A stretch of 64,000 nucleotides of DNA from Tubiluchus corallicola (Eukaryota; Animalia; Priapulida), in NCBI GenBank assembly GCA_030141605.1, contig JAQGDQ010000387.1, forward strand, positions 62,001-126,000. The letters run 5' to 3'. Below the pieces are notes generated by a model that worked only from the letters and a program-made list of their open reading frames with translations, had not been told where the DNA came from and searched no databases. The position numbers and the translations under genes were made by a program. This document shows, in pieces, positions 1 through 11,400 of the stretch. Position 1 is the first letter of the stretch. Every line of letters starts with the position of its first letter.

Positions 1-3000
1 GACGATGAGTTGGACAGCAACAATACCATTACAGGTAATCCAAATAGATTAGAAAACATTTCAACACTTTTGCGTTTCTTTATTAATGTTTGTTTCGGCT
101 TCGTATATTTATATTAGTCAAGTCCCTTTATCAGAAAAGATTAGAAAACGTTTCAACACTTTTGCGTTTGTTTCGGCTGCGTATATCTATATTAGTCAAG
201 TCCCTTTATCAGAAAAAAAATCGAACTTACAAAATTTTGGGGAAAGACGGTTTAGAAGAATTTATTGTGGATCAATTTAAGTTTTCTTGCAATGAATTAA
301 TCGACAAACTGTTTTTCAGAACTTCAGGTAAACTATGATGAGGGAAGCTGGTTGGTAAGTGGCTAACTATATTGCATTTAACTTTGGCACGCGCATTTGT
401 AAGTTAGGATTGGTGATAAGTTACTTATTTTTTCAATTTTGCAAGTAGACTATTTATTCGTTACGTGATTATAAAATCGGGCAACTGGCCCTATTATAGA
501 GCCTGCAAGCCCTAGATGTCCTACTGAAGCAGCATTCGCTAAAGCACTCCTGTTGCTAATAATTATGAATACATAGGCCTAATTGGTTGTTCATAATCTT
601 AATTTTAAGATTAAAATTAATGATGGAATAAGCCCTCGATTGATGAATTTTGAAAAAAAGTTACTCAAATGAAAGAAAATATGAAAAAGCCGAGTCACAG
701 TCAAACGTCACCTTCTAATGAACAAATGCCTCCTTCAAATCCAGCCGGTGTCACACTTTTTCGTGTTTCCTTTTTTCGAGCAAATTTGATTTTAAAATTC
801 AGTGACTACTTACAATATTTATTTTGTCAGCGAAGCATGTTGGTATAGTCAATACGCAGGTTTATTGGTGTCATGCCGTTTAAAATTATACGCTGTTTGT
901 TAGGTAGTTGAATACATGGCATCTCTGGACATAATTTTACCTATCATAACTGGTGTCAGTTTAGCGCTACTTCTGATCACAGTAATGTTTGGAATTCGTT
1001 ATTGGATGAGGCATCGATCAGGTTACAAGGCAAGATTACAAAAGGTGGGTTTTGTATTTTTCTGTATCGCATATCGTACGCTAACGATTGTCCCCAGCAG
1101 AATTCAGTTCACATGCCCGTCTAGCCTATATCCAGCTAGCTCATATAAGTGTAGATTGCATCTGGATTTTGTTCATCATGGCGCGAATCCACGTAAAACT
1201 CGCACTGTGTCGGATTACGGTATTTTACTTCAACAGAAATTAGTTGAATCGAGAATTTTAGCGAATACACACGCGTATCTGGTAACCATTGGCTAGACGC
1301 ACAGTCTCCCAATAACGACAAAAGTTTGTGCTCAAATCCTAATTACAGACTGAAGACCTTAAAGGTCCTACGACACTATTTCCTAGTCTTTCCTAATTTT
1401 AAAACAGTTTGGATGCATGCTTTTATGTCATAATATGATAATATAAATTAAGTGCCGTTGGTACTGCCACATATATTATCGCCCACCATTACACCCAGTG
1501 CTGTGACGTCACGTCAGGAAGCGGCAATTAACAGCCGCAGTACAATAGACAGCCAGTGGCCCCAGCAAGCTTAGCACTGGGAACACTGAACGGAAGGGTT
1601 ACCAGGGTGTCAGTTGACCTTCAATTAGAAAGCTTCTTGCTTTAGAAGTACTAGTCAGTAGTCATGGTACTATTTAGTTCGATGCACACTAATACATCAT
1701 TATTAGACAAATAGTTCCTTGGCAGTGTAGTAATGCCGTTTAAAGTATGAATGTGCTGACTTGATCTTAAATTTGAACTCAATAAACACGATAACCCGGT
1801 AATTTAGTTCATACAGTAAATTTGTGATCCAGTCCGTAGGCCTACGGTGAATAAATTCGATTTACTCCTTTTTTGTCAGCATCTGGGTGAATAAACTTTA
1901 ATCCAAAACACTGAGTTTGACCTTTTCCACGGCACCAACATCATTGATGTTTTTTGCTTCTAGAGCCTATGATACACCAAAGCGTCCAGCGTTTGAAAAG
2001 GAGAAAGAACGTGTATTGTCAATGTGTGATGGAATTTCACGAAACCAAAAACAATGGTATAATCGAACGCTCTTCCTGGTTTTTTAGCGTGTGGCGTCCA
2101 GCGCGAGTTCCTCAACCAGCCATTGATGATTGCTTCTGCGAATTATTATAGAAATAAATAACGTAAAAAATAAAGCATTAATGTAGCGTTAATATGGCAT
2201 TAATACATTTTTCTGCGAAGATCATACAGATTAGATGCCAGACGCTTTGGTGTCAACTTACTATCCGGTGGACGCTCGACGCTGAAAGCCATCAGCCAGA
2301 CCTTGGACATAAGTTTTACCACGTTAAATTCACTTTCAGTTAATTGGATATTTACATACCACACGTATCATATTGCCTTCTTAATTTGAGGATATGCAAA
2401 TGACTATATAAAAAAATCGCTAATAAAAGGATCAAAATTAAGCGGCATTATTTCTTTTATTTTTAATTATGCATTGGCGGATTTAGATGGTGAACCCAAG
2501 GGGTCTAGGCCCTCCCTTTCACAATTACAGCACACCAAATTAATATTTTGTCTGAATTATGAGCACTAGAACGATTTGCTAAATCCTAAAGGTGCCTTAT
2601 AATTGTAAAAATGATATATCACAAGAAAGTAGATGAGAGTTATGTACATCATGTATGTTGTACAGTGTATGTCAGTATATTGGTATGTAATTTTTTGACT
2701 CAAAGGTGAGGAGGTACCTGTTTTAAACAAGTGAGCTTCCTTGAGGAAATGGTTTCTAGAAGGCAGAAAAGTGGTCTAAAATGCAGTAAAATGTATTGTT
2801 GTCCGGTGGACCTCACTGGAAAGCTTACACCGCTCCCCCAGGCCCCCTAACTGCTTTTCTATTGGGCCCACCGTTGTTCTAAAACCTGTATTCTCCCCTG
2901 TTATGTATAATTAATGCAAATGGTTTATGTCGACCAGCCTTTTGTTTTATAGTATGTTTATTATTATGCAAATTGTAGTATGCAACTACAGCAGACGTCA

Positions 3001-3201
3001 TCGTAACTTGATTTTGCCAACATGAATACGCTGTAGCTATGCCTATAAAACAAAAATCTCTTATTAGAGAACTTTCGTTTTTGCTATAATTCGTCAATCA
3101 TGCAGCCACGGTTATTGTTTCAGGATGGATCGACAGGAAATTTGGAGAGCACGGACAGCAACATATTGCTACTTGGAAGTTCGGAAGATGAAGCTGACTA
3201 G
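1..3201 (+). CDS. 3' part of a type-I single-pass membrane protein gene; exons <1-34, 320-327 (8-nt microexon, tentative), 904-1044, 3124-3201
   Basis: Spliced translation ...DDELDSNNTIT-ELQ-VVEYMASLD-IILPIITGVSLALLLITVMFGI-RYWMRHRSGYKARLQK-DGSTGNLESTDSNILLLGSSEDEAD*. It has an NNT sequon, a TM helix, a basic stop-transfer segment and an acidic tail with DSNILL. Donors CAG|GTAATC (34), CAG|GTAAAC (327), AAG|GTGGGT (1044); acceptors tttttcag (319), tttgttag (903), tgtttcag (3123); all phases are compatible. Confidence 0.6.
46..216. repeat. Short tandem duplication (2 copies of ~80-90 bp) in an intron
   Basis: agattagaaaac..ttcaacacttttgcgttt...cgtatat.tatattagtcaagtccctttatcagaaaa occurs twice. 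It explains the repetitive ORFs at 86-338. Confidence 0.85.
1363..1739. mobile_element. Possible Kolobok-type MITE
   Basis: TTAA on both sides; imperfect TIRs AGGTCCTACGACACT / AGTGTAGTAATGCCGT. Confidence 0.4.
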
Positions 3202-3371
3202 AATTTACAATATCAGTTATCTAAAAAATGTTTATTCAGCTGAATGTAATTGGATAATACAAACAAGTGTGAATGGTAAAATCTTTTTCGTGAGATTTGC
3301 TGTTTCAGGTTTCCTGGTAAACCGATCATCACTATATCGTCATAATGCCCATTACGTCTATTGTAGATAAT

Positions 3372-3778
3372 CAGGGGTGTATTAACCACTAGACTATAGG
3401 CTAGGGCACCAAAGTTTGAGGGGCGTCACATTTTAGAAAAAAAGTCTTATTCTCCTAGGAACGTGTGTATACTTTCATATTTATGTAAAAAGGCGCATTT
3501 TATAACACACCACAGGTAGTTACTGAACACGGTTGCTATATAAGTGCCACATAACGAACAGGTACGAGGTGTTATACAATAAGCACTTGCGCAACCTGTT
3601 TGCATATAAGCGCTAGGCAAATACATGTAATAAATAATGACCTCTTAGAAACTAGGTTAACAGTGTTTCTAATACATCACAGATACGCTGCTCATTACAT
3701 AATCATAAATTCACTATCTAGAGATGGGCTAGACAGAACTATCAGCCTAGGGCGTCGTAAAGTGTTGATACGCCCCTG
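3372..3778. mobile_element. hAT-type MITE
   Basis: TIRs CAGGGGTGTATTAAC / GTTGATACGCCCCTG; 8-bp TSD TAGATAAT / TAGACAAT. A related decayed copy lies at ~44960-45280. Confidence 0.8.
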
Positions 3779-4088
3779 TAGACAATGGACAAGCAGAAAT
3801 TCTAAAATACAAGAAATCTGCCATCAAGACATGCAAACACAGTAGCAATGAATCCGCAAAAAAACTAAATACCGTTATGCCCGTGCAAGTCTTGTCAGCA
3901 CCACTTCCGGCCTAACGCGCTTTTAAAAAGCTCGTTCTAGTGTTGCCACCAATTAGTAGCGGTACGTTCCAGCTATTCCACAAAGGCTACTCTGTTTTCA
4001 AAGATACCAGAAATCTATCATAAAAAATCCTAAATAACAGCGAGAAAGCCAGATTATTAAAAGCTATACTCCTAGTTTCAACGAAAGA

Positions 4089-4296
4089 CGGGTCATACCA
4101 GACTTTAAAAATGGTACCTGCTGTTGCCCTGCCTGACGCCTGGTATTTAGAGTAAAAGTGGGGTAATGATAGTCTCTGTTATGTAGTTGTAGGTTGTTGT
4201 TTACAGTCGGCCCAAAAGCTCTTTGGAGCTAATGTTAATTGTTGATCCAAAAAGTCGACTTTAAATGAATATTATTATTATGGGTTATTATTATTC
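4089..4296 (+). mobile_element. 5'-truncated MetaSINE-like SINE
   Basis: Matches the body and tail of the 9219-9494 SINE (gggtcatacc...aaaaatggtacctgctgttg...(ATT)n). Confidence 0.8.
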
Positions 4297-4548
4297 ATGA
4301 CTGAACACTCTAATAAGTGTTCAGCCCTGTCCTCTTTTCACGCATTGGACAAGAGTTTAAATCTCTATATTGATCTTTATGAGCAATCTCCGAAATACGT
4401 GTAAAACAGAACAATCAAGTGATTAAACAATGGTGTCCACCTCGACCCACTTCAGAAACCTAACTGTAAGCATAATTTATTGCACTCACTATCATAATAA
4501 TTAAGTTATTATTTACTATATAATAATTTTCTTAAAAAACAAAACTTA

Positions 4549-4963
4549 CAGTCAACCTCGGGTATAAGGTACTCGCTTATAAGGGACCACCAACACCGGT
4601 CCAAGGGACATTCGGTTATCAGGGACGATATCTTCAGGTCCCGCGCAATAGAAACCCATGTAAATTACCTCGCATATAACGGACCCTATGATCAAAGCGA
4701 AATTGATAGATTTTTAATCTCAATTTTTCGCAAACTCGGCCTTCGAGCAGCTCGGTTTCCACGGTCACATACATCTCGTATCACTGAAGGAGCTTCCTAC
4801 ATAGCGTTTGTACTGAATGTGTAGCAATAACCCATAAAAATATGGGTAAAAGTACAGGTCTAGATACACCCTCGGCCTGACTCAACTTCGGTTATGAAGG
4901 ACATCAGATATAAGGGACGATTTTTTCCGATCCGGGGTTGTTCCTTATATCCGGCGTTGACTG
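4549..4963. mobile_element. Tc1/mariner-pogo MITE, family A
   Basis: TA|CAGTCAACCTCGGGTATAAG ... CTTATATCCGGCGTTGACTG|TA. A second copy is at 37036-37603. Confidence 0.9.
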
Positions 4964-5999
4964 TAGTTTGCTCTTTACACTAACTGTTAAGGCGCCCTAT
5001 TGTTTAACATTGTAAAACCACTTGAATGTTTGACGGGGCGATTTCTCAACAAAGGATTTATTTTCAAGATAATAGGACTGCAACGTTTTCGATTTTTTGT
5101 CTAATCATTAAAATGAACCCAAATTTCCAAGCATCTTTACGTTTCCTTCAACATATTTTAATTTATGCAAAAGTACATAATCACAAAGTACACACTGAAA
5201 CTGCATCTCAACTCGTAAACTAATAGTAATTAGTTAAGTAAGTATATTTCACGGCTTTGTGATCTCATCTTGCTAACCAAAAGCACACGTACTTTTACGA
5301 GTGCATGGAAGACAGGTTTTCGAAAATTAAGGCTTTGATTCTTGTGCTACAAAGACCTACTAAATACCCTGGGTTTTTACAATCTTGATAGTTGTTGTCG
5401 TCTCTACTTTCTGACAGTTTGCAAAACTTTTAGAAAACTAGATAGAAACTGTATCCTGCTTGTAAAAGTCATTGAAATCACACAGACTTGTTCTAGAAAA
5501 TGGAGCTCTTTTGATTATCATCATCCTGTCTGAAAACAACTACCTGCAATTAAAGACCCGACTTACTGCAAAACTGTAACAAGTGTATTGAAAAACCAAC
5601 GAATTTATTACCTAATTTAAAGTCTTAATTTACAAAAAATATAAAAATGTTATAAAAACATAAAAAATCATTTAATATAAAAATATTACATCATCATTTC
5701 ATAACAACATATGCAATTGTACAATTTTTTTTACATAACACGTAACATGATTATACAAAAGCAATGATCAGCATGGTTGACCATTTCTTGTTAACTCTGT
5801 AAATGTACTTCACCTCCTCACTATGCCATTCTATGCTAAGGGCTAATTAGGACCATCACTAGGATCATCACAATCAAATTTGCTTGATTAAACTGTCCGG
5901 ATTCAGCACCCTGTACTTGATCATCACCACTTTCAAAAGGAGTTAATTATATCGTCCAGTAATTTTGTAATTATATTAATTGATTACATATCAGTTTCT

Positions 6000-8426
6000 C
6001 TATAGTTTTGATTTATTTAAGGCAACTCCGGCTGCAGCTTTCTGCTTCAATATTCGTCGCATTATTTTGCCCGACTGTGTTTTTGGAATCTCATCGATGA
6101 ATTCTACGCCACCGCGAAGCCTTGACTGAGGCGCAACATGTTCAGACACGTAGCTCACCAAACTTTCTGCACCCGTGACAGCGGACTGCCTGTCGTCTTT
6201 CTTGACAACATAAGCTTTTGGTAACTCTCCAGCTTCCTCATCTGGCACGCCCACAACTGCTGCATCTTCAACACATGGATGCTTAAGCAAAACTGCTTCC
6301 AACTCTGCCGGTGCAACCTGGTGGCCTTTGTACTTAATAAGTTCCTTGATTCGATCCACGATAAAAAGATTATCGGATTCATCAACGTAACCAATGTCAC
6401 CTGTCAAAATTATAATGTAACTGATTTGTATCGTGATAATGAAGCCAAAACACAAAAACATCTTTACACGTACTGAATGACCTACAAAAATCCAAATTAG
6501 TTTAAACCAAAATTAATCTCGTCTCCTTTGGTGAGAAAAGCTGTTTGCATATTAAGTGCAGACGACATGTTGGATGTGTTTTATCATTGTTAAAATGTAA
6601 ATACCATTTCAAAGAAAGGCCTCAACAACTTTGCCAAATAGCAGTCTAAGTGGCCACCCACAAAAGCCTATCGCTACAATGAAGCCAAAGGGTTAATAAA
6701 GACTAAAACACTTATGTTAAGCACCTGTATGAAGCCACCCATCACTGTCAATAGTTTGAGCTGTTGCTTCTGGTTTATTGAAATAGCCTTTCATAATTTG
6801 AGGTCCTCGCACCCAAATCTCTCCCTCCGCATTTCGATCTCCCACCGTCTCTCCAGTGTCTGGATTCACCAACTGAAAAAATAGCAAGTTTATACCACTT
6901 ATAAATTCTTAGCAAATAAAGAGCTTCAGTTACCAGTTTTACATTTTTTCTTGAAATAAAAACCTCCCAATAAGGTTGATTAAAATTAAAAGCTGAAATG
7001 AAACTCCTTACAAAAAAGTCCAACAACAACAATTAAAAATTCTGAAGTTAGTAACTTTTCAACTGCTGTCACGATACTGGCATTCTGCTCAAGGCAACAT
7101 TAATGTTTAACAAACTTAAAACAACACACACAATTCTACACTTTAATTTTCTAAATAGCCTAAAAAGAAGCGTTTAAACATAAGAACACTTTCTGACATT
7201 GTTTTGTGCCTTTTCTGGTGGTTTTTTTCATGTTTTGTGTTTAATTAATAAATGTTCTACTATTATAAAATAAAAAATAGTTTTCAGTTGATCTTTTGGC
7301 CATTTTGATTTTCATCCTTACTTTTCAGCTAAAAAGGTGAACTGAAAATGTTGTATTTTGCCATTTCTTCATTGTGTGATTTTCTCTTAATCATTCTAAT
7401 TTTTCACATTATGTTATGATGTGTAATTGTGAAATCATTTTCTACTACACCTTTAACATTGTTATGCGTTCATACTACTAGTTCAAGCAATGGCAATTCA
7501 TTGTTCATTCACTCCACAAAAAACCTATTATGAAGTCACTTGCATTTTCACCTTGTACTCCGTATTAGGGAAGGGTTGACCAACAGCTCCTGGAGGTATT
7601 TCTCCGAACGGAAACTGAAAATGTGTGACTAAAGTTGTCTCTGTCATTCCATAACCTGTAAATTTAAAACAAAATATTTCAAATCCTATATTATCAGACA
7701 ACTAAAATATGGTATGTGTGTCTAGCTTGCATCACAAAATACGTAACGAAATGTAGTGTAAAAATCAATCGGAAACTTCAAATAAGTTATTAAATTTATT
7801 ATAACATCGTAAAAAATCAGATTAGGATACGTCAAAGTGCCATGTAATTAGGTTGCATTTTACTTAAAGCATAATTAGATGTTAATTTTATGCAACTGTT
7901 TTTTTATTTTAATGCACAAAATGTTTTTGATGCTGCACCAACTGATTACCTTTATCTTGTTCGTAAAAGTAATGTATTGCAAACACCTTCGTGCAAGTAA
8001 TCGGTTGGTGCTGCATCGAAACACACACATACACACGCAAATACATATATACACATACATATACATACTGTATATATATATATATATATATATACAGTGT
8101 TCCCTCACTTATCGCGGGTGTTCATTTTTCCGCATCTCAAGTACTACATTTCGTTTTTGGTGAGTATTCCTCCGCCGAATAAATACATTATTTACTGTCA
8201 ATGGTAATATTTTTATGATTTATAATATTCTTTTAATGTTAGAATTAATATTTTTAATATATTTTTATACATTTTGTGATTTTTACGCAAAATTCATCAA
8301 ATCTATACATTACTGTACAATACGTACTACGCATGTGCAAAAATACTTTAGACGGAGTTCCGCAAAAACCCGCGAAACAGCGAAAATACCGCGATAAACG
8401 AACCGCAAAGTAGCGAGGGAACACTG

Positions 8427-8461
<35 letters not shown>

Positions 8462-11400
8462 GTATATATATATTTAAAATGTTCAAAGTAGTGATACCTT
8501 GTAAAACACGCAGATTTGCATTACCACCCATTCTTTTTATGGCAGCCTCTGTTACATTTTTGCTCAAAGGGGCGGCACCACAAGTGATCGTTTCCACGTG
8601 TGTTAAATCGTATTGTTCGACGAGTGGATGCTTGGCCAGAAAAACAACAAGCGGAGGAACCAATGCCAGCACCTTGATCTGCAAAACAAAATCACTTAAG
8701 AAGTGAAGCGTCATCGCAGGAGCTTAATAATAGTAAACTAATACCTGTAGCAAAGCATATTACTTCATTTACAAACATATATGGACATTTTATTTTAACA
8801 ACTGCAAGCAAACCTGCACAAACACAAAATTACTAAGCACTGCAATGTTCATATACAATCAAACTTCTTTATACCACCTACTATGGTACTTCAAAAAGTT
8901 GAGTTATAGCATGTTTGGCATTATAACAAGGTGCATTAATACATACATGTCTATGCAAATATGGATATTTTGTTTTGATAAAAATATGGGCAGTAAGCCA
9001 GCTTGGCATTATAAAGAAGGCATGATAACGAGGTTCAAAAGTGACAAGAACTTGTCGAAATCTATGTTCTTCAAAGTACAGTATTATTCTAATCATGGTT
9101 AGTTAAAACTTTAGATATATAAGTGAAGTTGCCATGCTCGTTACACTAAATAAATGATTTTCATTTGCACAAATCTGTTAGCAAAAAAAATTACTACGTG
9201 TACCTAAATTCAAATACAGACCAGACGGTTTAGTCTAATGGTAATGCGTCTGTTTTCCGTCTGGGAGGTCGTGAGTTCGAACCAGCGGCCGGGTCATACC
9301 AAAGACTTTAAAAATAGTACCTGCTGTTGACCTGCCTGACGCGTGGTATTTAGGGTAAAAGTGAGGTTGTAATAGTCTCTGTTATGTAGTTGTAGGTTGT
9401 TATTTACAGTCGGCGATAATAGCTCTTTGAGCTAATGTTAATTGTTGGCCCAAACGCCAACTTTAAATAAAGATTATTATTATTATTATTATTATACTTT
9501 TCAATTTGCCCACAAATCACTGCAAATACCTTGTGATTTACAATAGCATCAAGAAGGACTTTGGGTTTGAAACGAGGAATGATAACCAACTTGGAGCCAA
9601 GAAATAGGTTAGCAATTATTCCACCAGTAAAACCAGCAGCATGAAAGAAAGGTAGCAGTCCAAGAACAGCCACCTCATCCTCAAATAGGCCTTGCTGATT
9701 GGCTGCAGAAAGTTCATTCATGTACCTAAGTAAATAAAAAATGTCAGTAACACAAATACAGTAGCGCTGCTCAATAGACTCACAGTTAATAGACTTAATC
9801 GCTTTATTGACTCAAAAACGCCTGGTACGGGCCCACTTCTATTCAAATGTACATAAAAACTATCACTAATTTACTCAAATAACTCTGCATGATTGACTCA
9901 ATATTTTTGCTTCACATGCTTCAATGAGACACTGTTGTGTGACAAATAAATTTTTATGACTCTTATATCATCTTAGTTCGCTTTTCTCCTATAATATACA
10001 TAGAAACAAACGTATTAAGTACCGTTTTGTTTGTAAGCAGGAACGTTTATCATACGCTAGTCTAACGGTTGCTTTGGCCCGCCCGTCCACTGCAGTTAAC
10101 CTCGTTACTCAAGAATTCCCGGAAGTTAAATGTTTAATCACTTGCTTAGCAGTTTGATTTTGAAGCTCTGGCTGTCTTTGCCAGAAAGTTTAATCAGTTA
10201 GCTGGTGCTGTTATGCTAGGGACACAGGTACAGTGCGATAGCAAGTGGGATCTTAGACGAAACTACAGGCGAAGCTGCAGGGAAACACAGGCGCCACCTA
10301 CAGTTTAAGCATGCCATTCACTGAGAATTTTACAAGAATTTGTGCATCATACAACAACAGATTTTCAATGTTTTTATCATTATGAGAACTTTGTGAGCCA
10401 ACTTCTTCGCGATAAAATGAAGCAGCCGACTTTGAAGTAATTTTTGCAAATAAACAGACTTGTGTGATTTGGAAAAGAATACTTTTTAATTTATTGCTAA
10501 TTCACTTATATAAATTAATATTTTAAAATATTATTTTCTAATTTTTAACTGTACAAAAGAATTTAGGCATTACTTCATTTCTAAAACTCATTAATTACGT
10601 TTGCAGTGTATAGTAAGCAGGTGACTCATACTTCTGTACCAGTAATCATACTGCACCTATCAATTAATGGGTTGAGTCGGTTAATTGGGTCAAAATACTT
10701 CGGCGCCTACTGTAGTACAATTTGTTATAAAATGCTAAATTCTTCACAAACAAATTTAATAGAACAAATAACTGATTTCAAAGTTATCAGCATCCTTATA
10801 AATGGGTCTTCCAATCACTAACAATATTCATTGTTCACATTATTATAGAACATACTTCATTGCAGACAACATTGCCACAATGTTGTACACTGACTGCATG
10901 ACTCCTTTAGGAGGGCCTGTCGTGCCACTAGAGTATAAGAGAAAGGCAATGTCTTCCTTCCAGTTTACCAATGTTGGTCTTTTATAAGCGGTTCCATTGT
11001 CTTCCATGAGCATACTGAATGGGATCATTCCTTCCACGAAACCGATAACCATAATTTCCTTAAGTAGTTCAAAAGGAAATACTTAAAATATTGCTAACTT
11101 ACTATTAGATGCTATCAGTAACATTTATTGTTAAAAACAACACAACTTTATCAAAACTTTTACTTTAGATTGTTAAAATCATGCTAAACGTTTCAACAAA
11201 CTACTGCTGCCATCATCAGTGGTAAAGTTACACACACATAACCAGTTTATATAGGCTGAGCCTATTATGCACTAATTAAGTAGTTAACAGAATCCAAATA
11301 GGTAATGAATAAACAGACCAGTAAAGAAATTGATACAGTAACTTAAGCACTAACTATGTATTTACAAAAGCCAAATAGGTAAAGATTAAACAGACCCGAA

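Noticed and set aside
3125-3370. 81-aa standalone ORF
   Set aside because: It overlaps the terminal exon 3124-3201, which is read in a different frame with good splice support.
9219-9295. tRNA gene
   Set aside because: The tRNA-like head continues into a SINE core and tail found in several copies, and it has no proper acceptor stem.
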